Shown piece after piece: positions 8,300 to 17,731 of a DNA stretch of 31,935 nucleotides; the first letter of the stretch is position 1; every line of letters starts with the position of its first letter. A model generated the notes under the pieces. The model was not told the origin of the DNA. It saw only the letters and a list, made by a program, of their open reading frames with translations, and did no database searches. Made by a program: the position numbers and the translations under genes. This stretch comes from Thermoproteota archaeon (lineage in GTDB: Archaea > Asgardarchaeota > Jordiarchaeia > Jordiarchaeales > Freyrarchaeaceae), in contig JAPDJY010000024.1 of NCBI GenBank assembly GCA_029258835.1, forward strand, positions 1 through 31,935, in the 5' to 3' direction.

Positions 8300-9468
8300 T
8301 TGGAGGAGGGTCGGATCGACACGAAGCTTGTCCACTCCGGGGAGAAGCCTTGCCCGCTTACCCGGGCTTTAAGGGTGCCAGTTTACATGACGTCCACTTT
8401 TGTTTACGAAAACTTCGACGAGCTAATGAAGGGAAGGTACTTTTACACGCGCATACAAAACCCTACTTTATTAGAAGTTTTAGAAGAGAAGAAGAGAAGC
8501 TGGCTGAGATAGAGGGTGGGGAAAGGGCTCTGGTCACGGCTTCAGGGATGGCAGCCATAACGATAGCTGTCATGAGTTGCTTAGAGAAGGATGGTAGGGT
8601 TGTCACGTCAGACATAATTTACGGTGGAACACACGACCTTTTCACCAAGATCCTCCCAAGGCTCGGATTTGAGGTTTCATACGTCGATTTCGGGGATATT
8701 TCAAGGTTGGAGGAGGAGCTCAAACGTGGCGCATCGGTTGTTTACTTCGAGTCGCCCGCTAACCCAACCATGAAGGTTATCGACATAGAGGAGGTTTCCA
8801 AGGTCGCCCATGAAGCAGGTGCAACCGTACTCTTCGACAATACCTTTGCTACCCCATACTGCCAGCAACCCTTAAGGCTAGGTGTAGACGTTAACATAGA
8901 GAGCCTAACAAAGTATCTTAGCGGGCATGGAGACGCGCTTGGAGACGCTGTGATAGGAAGGAGAGATTACATCCTCAACCTGAGGGGTACGTGGAGCACA
9001 ATTTTCGGCGCAACGATGAGTCCGCTTAACGCGTGGCTTGTGCTTAGAGGGGTTAAAACTCTCCATGTAAGAATGGAGAGGCACTGCAGGAACGCCATGG
9101 TTCTCGCAGAGTTCCTTGAAGACCACCCCAAGGTTAAAAGGGTGCTCTACCCTGGCCTACCAAGCCACCCCCAGCACGAGATAGCTAAGAAGCAGATGAG
9201 GTGCTTCGGAGGGATGCTCTCCTTCGAGGTTGAAAACACCACCATAGCGATGAACGTAATGAACAACCTTAGGATGAGCTACATAGGGGTAAGCCTAGGA
9301 GACGTGGAAACCCTTGTCGAGTGGCCAGCATACATGACCCATATGACAATGCCAAGGAAGGAGAGGAGAAAGCTGGGGATAACGGACACGCTCATAAGGG
9401 TTTCAGTAGGATTAGAAGACCCAGACGACATGATAGAAGACTTCGACCAAGCCCTCTCCCAAGCCTAA
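8300..9468 (+). pseudogene. PLP-dependent trans-sulfuration enzyme (cystathionine gamma-synthase/lyase or methionine gamma-lyase family), frameshifted
   Basis: The N-terminal part (DTKLVHSG...PVYMTSTF...YTRIQNPT) and the C-terminal part (ASGMAAI, YGGT, FESPANP, DNTFATP, SLTKYLSGH, VSLG, IRVSVGLE) are in different frames. The break is an 8-nt duplication AAGAGAAG (8484-8491/8492-8499). Confidence 0.85.
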
Positions 9469-9825
9469 GGAAAGACTGGAAGAGAAATCGGGACAGGCAC
9501 TAACAGCATAACGAAAAAGGAGCGGCAGAACGTGGAAAAGCACAGACAAGGAATAAACTGGAGGGGCAGGAATTGTTTCTCGCACAGCCGAGTGGAGAAC
9601 ACAGGAAGATTGAGGGTTGCGATGGCAGCCCCATCACGCACTTTCATGCTGAGAAAGCTACGTCAGTAAGCTGCTAAAGCCGTTAAGGCTCTGTGAGGAG
9701 ATACTCTTAATCGTCCCAGTTAGGATAAGTACAATGCCTTGTGTAACTGTTGTGTTTTAGATAGGTTTTTATGTTTGTTTGCTTGTTTTGGTGTTTGTGG
9801 TGTGTATGGGGGGAAGGTGGGGAGG

Positions 9826-10002
9826 ATGCTGAGGAGCGGCGAGGTAGCCAAGATCCTCGGAGTCGATAGGCACACCGTTGCCAAGTGGGTCAAGGAGGGC
9901 TGGATCAGAACGGTAAGGCTCCCAAGCGGAAGGTACAGGATCCCGGAGAGCGAGGTGAAAAAGATACTTGAAGGAGGAAGCAACCGCAACCAAAGCATAT
10001 AA
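9826..10002 (+). CDS. MerR/HTH_17-type DNA-binding protein (like the N-terminal domain of IS607 TnpA; no recombinase domain)
   Basis: MLRSGEVAKILGVDRHTVAKWVKEGWIRTVRLPSGRYRIPESEVKKIL. The ATG at 9826 follows a G-rich SD region; 58 aa. Confidence 0.8.
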   Translation: MLRSGEVAKILGVDRHTVAKWVKEGWIRTVRLPSGRYRIPESEVKKILEGGSNRNQSI

Positions 10003-11071
10003 GGCTCCCATAGAAGCCCCAAAAGACCTGATAGAAGCGTACTTCGAAGCGAAGAAGAAAGCATTAAGGGAAGTGCTAAACCACGTCACCCACTCAGAAA
10101 ATGGAAAGGCCCACCTAAGCTTCAAAGCCGGGGATAGGAGGAGGCTGAGGAACAACCTCCTGGAGGGCTGGAAGTACTCCAGGCACTACGTCGACTCAGC
10201 GATAAACTCGGCCATAGGGCTGGTTAAGGGGTGGATAAAGCTATACAACAGGGGGAAAGCGAAATCAAGACCTAGAATAACGGGGAAAACAGTCTACATA
10301 AAGTCAACATTATTCACTTACAGGGATGGCAAACTCAAAATCAGCATCGAACCGAACAAACGATACCTAGAAGTAGACCTAACAAGGTACGACTACCTGC
10401 CGGAAGATTTCGACTCCATCGGAGGATTGCTGCTGACAGAGAACGGGCTCATAATTGACTTCAAGAGAAAACCGAGAAGTGTCGAGCCGAGGGGCTGGGC
10501 CTCGTTCGACGTGAACCTGGCCAACGTGACCGCCCTGACCAACGGGGGAGTGGTCAGGTACGGTCTCAGGCGGCTGTACCACGTCCGCAGGGTTTACGAG
10601 GAGGAGAGGAGGAGGTTGCAGAAGCTCTCCAGGCGCAAGCCCGGGACGGCTGAGAGGCTCATGCGGAAGCACTCCAGGAGGGAAAAAGATAGGGCCAGGG
10701 ACTTCATGCACAAGCTGACAACCAGGATAGCCGGGGGGCTGGAGGAGCTACGTAGTGGAGCAATACTCGAGAACCTGAAGGGCATCAAAGGCAGGCTCCT
10801 ACACGGGGCGAAGGGCTCAACCGAAGGCTTTCGAAGTGGAATGCTAGGACGTTCCAGCTTATGCTAGGGTACAAGCTGGGGTGGGCTGCCTGTGAAGTAC
10901 GTTAACCCGTCCTATTCCTCCAGGACCTGTCCTCTCTGTTCTGGCCGCATGGCGGCCTATGGGGGCAGGCTGATGAGATGCAAAAAATGTGGATTTATTG
11001 CAGACAGAGATGCTATAGCCGTTTTAAACCTTCGGATGTGGGGCGCTAGGGTCCCCCGAGAGGCCCGATAG
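9968..11071 (+). pseudogene. tnpB: TnpB RNA-guided nuclease with two frameshifts
   Basis: RuvC-I (SFDVN) and RuvC-II (ILENL) lie in the ORF. After a shift near 10810 it reads LNRRLSKWNARTFQLMLGYKL. After a second shift near 10882 it reads GLPVKYVNPSYSSRTCPLC...RCKKCGFIADRDAIAVLNL...EAR* (zinc finger and RuvC-III). Confidence 0.85.
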
Positions 11072-11170
11072 AGGCGTTAGCCTCTATGATGGGGAAACGG
11101 CTGGCAAACCAAAACATGCATCTACCCATAAAAGCCTACCAACAGTGAACCCCGCCTACAGAGTTTCAAG
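11030..11170 (+). ncRNA. Putative omegaRNA (reRNA) of the TnpB element; boundaries approximate
   Basis: Overlaps the tnpB 3' end and right end, where omegaRNAs are encoded. Perfect hairpin ATAGAGGC-GTTA-GCCTCTAT at 11068-11087, flanked by TCCCC/GGGGA. Confidence 0.5.
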
Positions 11171-11650
11171 CGCCACACTTAACTCTTTCTCTAGAAATTC
11201 TTTTGCCTTCACAAAGTCTTCATCTAACGTTGCAAATGCGGAAATCTTAAAACCCTTCTCCTTTAGGAGTTTCACGTACGCAATGTGCAGTAGGTCTAGG
11301 GATCTCAACTTGATCTTTGCTGATAGCTCGATGGCGGCCGCTACCGGAAGAGACATTTGTCCGAGCAGCGGGATCTCCATGCTCCCCCCGATTTTAACGA
11401 ATTTGATGCTAAACCTCCTAAGTACATATACGAGAATTGCAATGAGGAGCTGCTCGCTGGAGAGGGAGAACTCCCTGAGTGGAATACTTAATTCGTCGAG
11501 CCTTCGACTTACGACACTTGCCAGTTCAATCATGACCAGCTCAGAAGCAACCTTCTCCTTTCTCCTCTTCCAGAACTGTAGCGACGTCTTTTGCTTTTCA
11601 TCCAGCGGGTCTAATGCGGAAACCATTACGCTCGTGTCGATATACTTCAT
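11156..11650 (-). CDS. vapC: PIN-domain ribonuclease toxin (VapC-like)
   Basis: Acidic PIN motifs YIDTSV, IELASV, LRSLDLLHIAY and FATLD. The start overlaps the upstream stop (TAATG). Confidence 0.85.
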   Translation of the reverse strand: MKYIDTSVMVSALDPLDEKQKTSLQFWKRRKEKVASELVMIELASVVSRRLDELSIPLREFSLSSEQLLIAILVYVLRRFSIKFVKIGGSMEIPLLGQMSLPVAAAIELSAKIKLRSLDLLHIAYVKLLKEKGFKISAFATLDEDFVKAKEFLEKELSVALETL

Positions 11651-11910
11651 TATAATCTGTCCCTCTCCTTGAGGAGTTGTGCCCTTTCCCCTGCAAGCCT
11701 TATCGGGATTTTACCGGTCTTTTTCTCGATATCAAAAAGCTCCTCGATAGCCCTTAAGATCCATACGTGCTTTTCCACTTCCTTAAGCCCTATTTGCAAA
11801 AGCTTCCTGAGAGCCTCGCTTCTTGAATCGAAAATCTTGAGCCTCACGAGGAGGTCTATGCTTTCGAGCATCTCCTTGCTCAGCCTAACAGGAATGGGAC
11901 GCGTTTCCAC
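11650..11910 (-). CDS. vapB: Ribbon-helix-helix (CopG-like) antitoxin, VapB-like
   Basis: PIPVRLSKEMLESIDLLV...FDSRSEALRKLL is an RHH pattern. Probable GTG start at 11910 after GAGGG (the ORF track extends to 12027). Coupled to the PIN gene. Confidence 0.75.
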   Translation of the reverse strand: METRPIPVRLSKEMLESIDLLVRLKIFDSRSEALRKLLQIGLKEVEKHVWILRAIEELFDIEKKTGKIPIRLAGERAQLLKERDRL

Positions 11911-12543
11911 AGCACATCCCTCAAATATACGTAGCGTATAAATTTTTCCTTCATCGCTACCGGAAGTTCCTCTCACTACCTCCATTACCGGCTCATAAAA
12001 CTTTAAGTCCACGAAAACAATCTCCAAGTGGAGATGGCATCAAGAACCGCTTCTTTATCCTAATTTTATTTATTTTTTATTCTAATGCCATTATGCTAAT
12101 TTGCTAATTATAGTCACTTTCATACTAATCACCCGGGATCTTTGTAGTGATAACATGTCAAAGACTTGGTCACTCGGGGTTTATAATGGGAAGGGGCGGA
12201 GCAGTAGTTCTGTGAACGATAGGAACAATATTCCGGCGAGGATGGAAAACGGACGGAAGAAGGGAAGGATTCTGGGAAGGGGGCAGACGAGGTATATTAC
12301 TCCATAGCGAGACGCATCCTAGCGGGGGGTTGTGTGAACATCTCGTCGCCCTAAAAAACGCACTCAAGGTTTCAGAAATGTTACAAAATGCAATTTGCAA
12401 TTAAAAAATTTAAATTACGAGCGCAGCATTGCGTGTTTCTGCCTCATCTGACACGTAAACGTTAAGAGTGCTTCCAGCATTAATAAACACGGGTAATCGC
12501 CACTTCCGCTCTTTAAGAGGGGCGTTCACGGCTTAGGTGGTGG

Positions 12544-13590
12544 ATGTTGAGTAGCCATTGTAGCATGGTTAGGCAGGGTTACGCTCCTGGAAGTTGCATG
12601 GTCGAGATGCCTGATGGAACGTTTAAGCCTGCATGTAAGGGAACCCTTAAAAAGGAGGGAGGCGTCTGGCACAGGCTTATCAAGGCAGCGCATCTCTCCA
12701 GGCCCGAGGACTACTTCAGCGTCTACCAGAGCGGCTGTAACCATAGCTGCCTGAAGTGTCATTCATGGGAGTTCTCGCAGAGGTATGATGGGTTCTGGGT
12801 TTCAACAGACGAGCTGGCCGAAATGGCCGTGGAGTATGAGGAACTTGTAACCGTTTGGGAGCCAAAGGAGAGGGCGACAATGTTCCACGCAACGGACCTG
12901 TGCCGCCACTGTGGCATGTGCGTCGTCTACGGTGTGAGAGGGAGGATGTGCCCAGGGAAGCTTAAAAGCGAGCAAGTTGTTTTGAGCCCTCAGGGATACG
13001 GGCCTGCAAGGAACATCGTGGCATTCACCGGAGGGGACGTCGTCTGCCAGGCTGAGTTCTACGCGCAGGCAGCCGAGAAGATCAAGGATGAGTGCTCCAA
13101 CATGTGGGTTCTAATCGAAACAAACGGGTATGGGCTCACACCCGAGAACCTTGACGTCTTGGCTTCCGGCGGGGTTGACTCATTCTGGCTTGACATTAAA
13201 GCCTATGACAGGGAAGTTTACAGGCGCCTCTGCGGCGCCACAAACGAGTGGGTGCTTAAGTCCCCTGAGTGGATCGCTGACAGGGGGTTTACCCTTGAAG
13301 TGTTAACGCTCTACATTCCAGGGTGGGTCGAGAAAGACCAAATAGTTAGGATAGCGGAGATTGTACACGAGGTTGACTCGGAGATCCCCTTCACCATCCT
13401 CGCGTTCTTCCCAGCGTACAAGCTGTCCAGCGTTAGAAGCCCACGTATGTTCGAAATGATCGACGCCTACTTCGCGGTTAAAAACGTTGGGCTGAGAAAC
13501 GTTAAGCTGGGCAACTGCCACGTCTTCGCCAGAGGTCAAAGCGAGTGGGAAACTTTAGTGGCCGTGGTCGGTCCAGAAGCCATAGGGTGA
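12544..13590 (+). CDS. Radical SAM protein, PFL-activase-like, with a Cys-rich insert
   Basis: GCNHSCLKCHSW (CxxxCxxC), AFTGGD, IETNG and DIKA, plus an additional CRHCGMC...C insert. Confidence 0.85.
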   Translation: MLSSHCSMVRQGYAPGSCMVEMPDGTFKPACKGTLKKEGGVWHRLIKAAHLSRPEDYFSVYQSGCNHSCLKCHSWEFSQRYDGFWVSTDELAEMAVEYEELVTVWEPKERATMFHATDLCRHCGMCVVYGVRGRMCPGKLKSEQVVLSPQGYGPARNIVAFTGGDVVCQAEFYAQAAEKIKDECSNMWVLIETNGYGLTPENLDVLASGGVDSFWLDIKAYDREVYRRLCGATNEWVLKSPEWIADRGFTLEVLTLYIPGWVEKDQIVRIAEIVHEVDSEIPFTILAFFPAYKLSSVRSPRMFEMIDAYFAVKNVGLRNVKLGNCHVFARGQSEWETLVAVVGPEAIG

Positions 13591-13659
13591 CGGGTCAACC
13601 ATGAAAGGCATCACGCTCCCACGGGAAACCTTATCGGTGAAGCCGGTTCAGTTTAGGGT

Positions 13660-14193
13660 CTAGGAGGATGCTGATGCTGATGCTCTCCTACACTTTAGAA
13701 CGTCCATGTTTATGGCTAGGAGCGTTAGGAGGGCTAGTAATGGGTCCATGCCATGTATCTTTAGAGTGCAATGATCCCTTAACGAGAAGAGTTTCCTAGT
13801 AACTTTGGCGGCGACGTTTCCCTTAGCATCCTTCACCTCGAACTCCCTTCTTAAGACGTCTCCTTCTAAGCGGCATATCACGTTCCCTCTAGCATCTTCA
13901 ATTTGGTACGAAGGACGTAGTGCAAATAGCTTTCCTTTCACGGTTGCCACCTGGTAGCCTGTGTGGTCGTGTAGGGTGTAGGTAGGGCGCACCGAAAATA
14001 ATTTTCCCTTAACGATGCCGACAACGTTGCTTTCGGCATCGTATAGGTTCATCTCCCCGCTGATGGAGAAAAGCTTAGCTACAGCCCTTCCAACCTCACG
14101 CCCATCCTCACTCTTAATTATGAGAGTATTTCTCACAGTAAACAACTTTTCGTCGATGATGTATGAGTCATGGTCAAGCAGCCTCATAGGCAT
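13660..14193 (-). CDS. LURP-one/Tubby-C-like (scramblase-related, DUF567) protein
   Basis: Repeated (K/R)LF(S/T/A)xR beta-hairpin units, EGD...REFEV, and a C-terminal hydrophobic helix DPLLALLTLLAI. Confidence 0.75.
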   Translation of the reverse strand: MPMRLLDHDSYIIDEKLFTVRNTLIIKSEDGREVGRAVAKLFSISGEMNLYDAESNVVGIVKGKLFSVRPTYTLHDHTGYQVATVKGKLFALRPSYQIEDARGNVICRLEGDVLRREFEVKDAKGNVAAKVTRKLFSLRDHCTLKIHGMDPLLALLTLLAINMDVLKCRRASASASS

Positions 14194-14485
14194 CCTTCAC
14201 CACACTACAGAGCAAAGCAAGGTAACAAGATAGAATGGAAAAAGAATAGAATAAAATAAAATTTAAGTTTAATGCAGAGGAGGAGAGAAGGGAAAGGTTA
14301 AAAGTATTTTTACTTAGGCGAGTGGCACCTAACGGTTTCTCTACCTTTCCGAAGTTAGGTTGACTGTCGAGGCCACCTTGGACATCATTCTAGTTAAGTA
14401 TGCTTGGAGGGTTAGTAGCCGTTTAATTGGTTTGAGCGTGAACGCTGATGGTTTTGTTCAGCCACGTCTGAATGGGCTGTCGGCT

Positions 14486-14940
14486 TCAACCATGCCCAGC
14501 GAGCCTGTGAACCCGCGTTTTCCCCTTTTCGACCACATGGATTACCTTTACACCTTTACGTGTTAGCTCGTCTGCTATGAACCTTCGGTGACACTTGAAA
14601 AAGAGCTTCTCCGAGCAGAAAATGGCCACCTTATTCCCTTTAACCAACTTTAGAAGCTCCTTAAACGCCTCCCTGAACACCTCCGACTTCATATGCTTCC
14701 TGTAACCGCCGCTTCGATAGCCGCCTAAACCCTCTAAGTGGACATACTCGATCCCTGCATCCGCTAGGAGTTTCTTCAAGTTCTCCCCCTTGAACCATTC
14801 AAACTTTGAGGTTGGAAACCTTCTAACGTCCACCGCAACATTAACGCCAAGTTCCTTCAGGATGGAGATGAACTCATCAGCAGTCCTGTCACTAGTACCA
14901 ATAGTCCAAACAGTTGAGCCTGAAAGGTGCTCATTCAGAG
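14486..14940 (-). CDS. DUF488 family protein (start uncertain; the ORF track extends to 15040)
   Basis: Motifs VWTIGTSDR, VDVRRFPTS, GIEYVHL..LGG.R and CSEKL..KCHRRFIAD. Confidence 0.8.
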
Positions 14941-15099
14941 TGAACCCCCCGTGAAGCGTGTAAACCTCTAAGCACTTAACAGCCGGGAAAAATAAACGTT
15001 TTTGAGAGGACTGCAACAGGGAAGGGAGAAAATGTTTCATTCTTCATACAACATACCTTTCAGAAAATCCGGAAGGGGTTTGAAAAAGAGGGGGAGGAA

Positions 15100-15962
15100 A
15101 TGCGCGGGAAAACCTTTGTGGCCGTAGCCTTACTCGCCATGGCCCTTCTTCTTGCAGCCGCCGGCCCGGCTATAGCCTCCCAAGCCAAGAGGAAACATGG
15201 AGTTTGACCGTTTACGCGGGAGGAAGCGGTTCTACTACAAGTGTTCAGGCGGCGTCCCACGCCACAAGGCTCAGCGTTAACGGAGAGAACGTGGTCATAA
15301 TAAGGGACGATCGGCGTGCCGCACATTAACGCGAGCAACTAAGTAGGGAGTCTTCTTTGGTTTCGGGCATGCTCAGGCAGAGGACGCCGTTGAAACGGTA
15401 ATGCTTGACTTCCTCACAGCGACCGGCAACCTGTCTAAGACGTTTGAACCCTATGCGCGTAACAGTACGCTCCCCCGAGGCCTTCGGCTGCCTAAACCCG
15501 AGATGGTACACCTTTAGCAACGAGACGGGTGAGTGGAAGTGTACGGGAGGCTCGTCCTACATAATGGTTGTCCACCTTGAGCCCGGAAACGTCACCTCCT
15601 TCAGCGTGCTACCATACGGTGAAAGCAGCAGCCCATCCTCAAAGCACTACGCAGACCAGCTCCTCAACTACTACAGCAGGGACCAGCTCCACCCAGACTA
15701 CTTCTACATGAACGACGTCTTAGCACACGGTGAGTCCATAAGCGAGCAGCCGGTATGCACCCTTAGCGAAGCAGTAAGCATGATCGAGCAGCTGCGCCAG
15801 CAGGAGCTGCTTCAAGCGGTATACTCGTTCATAATGCTACAGGGCTTATCGCATCTTGCGGTTATGTACTCGTCCACCTCCTACCTCATGGTCTGTGGAG
15901 CCACTACGGCAGTTCTAATAGTAATTGTGGTGATGGCAGCTATAAAGTCCGGAAAACCATAA
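15100..15962 (+). pseudogene. Secreted, membrane-anchored penicillin acylase/Ntn-hydrolase remnant with frameshifts and a large internal deletion
   Basis: Signal peptide MRGKTFVAVALLAMALLLAAAGPAIA from ATG 15100. Broken frames give VVIIRDD-GVPHINA and FFGFGHAQAED...ATGNLSKTF (family N-terminus). These join directly to GGSSYIMVV...LPYGESSSPSSKHYADQ (family C-terminus) and a C-terminal TM helix. Confidence 0.8.
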
Positions 15963-16342
15963 GGTTCCCAAATCATAATTTCCACATTTTTCCTTCCCCT
16001 AATTTTTCCATTCAGGTTGGAATGATAAACGAGAACAGGGTGAAAGACATTTCACCTAGATCCTCAAGGGATGATCACCATCCTTATCACGTGGGAATAT
16101 GAAGGGTTCAGGGGGATCCTGACAGGGTCGCTACAGGGAAAGATTTTTTAAATTATTTAAACTTCTCTTTTTCCTTTATTAAATTAAAGAAAAATAATGT
16201 TCTTTATAGACATTTGTCGAACATCGTTCATTTCCTGATCAGTAAATTTAAATACTTCTCTTCTTCTCACTAAGAAGAACAAGACAAGATTTCCTTTGAA
16301 AAGAACCTACTTGAAAGAAAACCTAAAAAGGGGAGGAATTCT

Positions 16343-17731
16343 GTGGGAGAGGAAGGGAAGTTTAAGCAGCCATGGCTGGGAGTCTTAGCTCTCCTTACGG
16401 TGTATGCTATCTCCTACCTGACTTACATGGTGTTTCTGAACCCGGTGGGTGGCTTGCTTTCAAGGCTGGTGGTGGCGGATGTATCGGTTCTATCACAAGT
16501 TTTACCTGCGATTCTAGCGCCGGTCTACGGTGCAGCAGCTACTGAAATGGCTGCGCTCTTAGCCCCGGCCCTAGCGCTTAGGTCTGCTAGCTACTCTGCC
16601 CTTTACCCGTTGGGGTACCCCCTAGACTGGCTTACGGTGGTGGTCTTTGGCATTGTTTGGTTCGTAACGATAGCTGTGCTCTGCATGCCATTTCAGAGGG
16701 GGGCGCCTCCGAAGCAGCCCCAAAGCGGCTTAGCCGTCGCAGCCATCACATTGATCTTGGCATTCCTGACTGTTTACGTTCTCTCATCGTTCTTCCACTT
16801 CACCGGGTACGAGCTACTGCTGCTCGGTACTGCAGGGTTCTTGGTGTTCCCCATATGGGCGACGCTCTTCCACTACTGGCCGTTCGTGCCGAAGAGGGCG
16901 ACCGTACATCCTGTAGCCAGGGGGGCGACGTACGCCGTTATCTCGTGGGTGATAACATTCATACTATACTACGTTTTTAATGGCTTAGCATGGTCTGGGG
17001 CAACCTTCTTTGAAATGTATCTGCCGGGGCACGACCTCTTCGCAACCCTGCTCCAGCCATTGCTTCCATTCAACCACTACGACCAGTGGATATCGCTCCT
17101 CGTCGCTATAATCACTGGGATAAACATAATGGCTGTGATCAACCCGTTCGAAGGAAGAAGCCAGCCTACAAGAGGAGTAATCAACATCATAATAGCAATA
17201 ATAATAGGCGTGATCCTCTGGTTCATTCTCATGCCAATCCTAGGCTCAGCCCCCCACGTCTTCGCAGTGCCGTTCCAAGGCCAGCTTGCACCCTTAATCA
17301 TAAGTGTACGCTCACCCGGGAACGTCACGGTCTACCTGCTTTACGTGGTCCTGCTAATCCTGATAATTCAGCAGCTCTTCCAGATGCACTGGTTTGCCGG
17401 GAAAGGGGCGAAGGGAGGAGTTCAAGCAGTCATCTTAGCATTTATAATAGGGACGATAGCATTCTTCATCACCATAGCCTATACTCCGATAGCCATGGCT
17501 CTTTCAGGAGCCAGCTCGGCCGCGGCAGTCTCCGGCCTACAGGCTCTAGCGTATGGAGCATTAATGACGTACGCCAACCTAGGCATGCCGCTGACAGGCT
17601 TAACCATACTCTTAGAGACGCAAGGAACAGTTCAGCTCCTAGGCACGACGTTAACATTTGGATGGTTCGTGCTTGGTTCCATCATGTGGCTGCTGATATA
17701 CATGGCATTCGACTTCTGGCCATGGAAGTGA
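16343..17731 (+). CDS. Polytopic membrane protein of unknown function (possible transporter or channel) with internal repeats
   Basis: 462 aa, at least 10 hydrophobic segments, SD GGGAGG, T-rich terminator after the stop, and recurring P-F...(Q/H)P-x-x-G loop motifs. Confidence 0.75.
   Translation: MGEEGKFKQPWLGVLALLTVYAISYLTYMVFLNPVGGLLSRLVVADVSVLSQVLPAILAPVYGAAATEMAALLAPALALRSASYSALYPLGYPLDWLTVVVFGIVWFVTIAVLCMPFQRGAPPKQPQSGLAVAAITLILAFLTVYVLSSFFHFTGYELLLLGTAGFLVFPIWATLFHYWPFVPKRATVHPVARGATYAVISWVITFILYYVFNGLAWSGATFFEMYLPGHDLFATLLQPLLPFNHYDQWISLLVAIITGINIMAVINPFEGRSQPTRGVINIIIAIIIGVILWFILMPILGSAPHVFAVPFQGQLAPLIISVRSPGNVTVYLLYVVLLILIIQQLFQMHWFAGKGAKGGVQAVILAFIIGTIAFFITIAYTPIAMALSGASSAAAVSGLQALAYGALMTYANLGMPLTGLTILLETQGTVQLLGTTLTFGWFVLGSIMWLLIYMAFDFWPWK

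Larger units (their letters stand above)
9741..11150 (+). mobile_element. Non-autonomous IS607-like element: HTH gene plus frameshifted tnpB, with subterminal inverted repeats (ends approximate)
   Basis: MerR/excisionase-type HTH gene overlapping tnpB. 9760-9791 and 11109-11140 are imperfect inverted repeats (24/32 identical by manual alignment). ACTGTTG at 9746-9752 matches CAACAGT at 11140-11146. Confidence 0.7.

Noticed and set aside
8461-8512. Programmed ribosomal frameshift in the trans-sulfuration gene
   Set aside because: The break is fully explained by an exact 8-nt duplication; no canonical slippery heptamer with a downstream structure was seen.
9470-9720. Purine-rich open stretch after the trans-sulfuration gene
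   Set aside because: No start or SD and no recognizable protein similarity.
9968-11071. TnpB as a nuclease-dead RNA-guided repressor (TldR-like)
   Set aside because: All three RuvC acidic residues are present. Inactivation is by frameshifts, which fits decay.
12101-12400. Short ORFs between vapB and the radical SAM gene
   Set aside because: No motifs in any frame that I can assign.
12500-12530. CCGCTCTTTAAGAGGGGCGTTCAC as an IS605-like right end
   Set aside because: The stem is short and mismatched, and no accompanying omegaRNA-like or left-end sequence was found.
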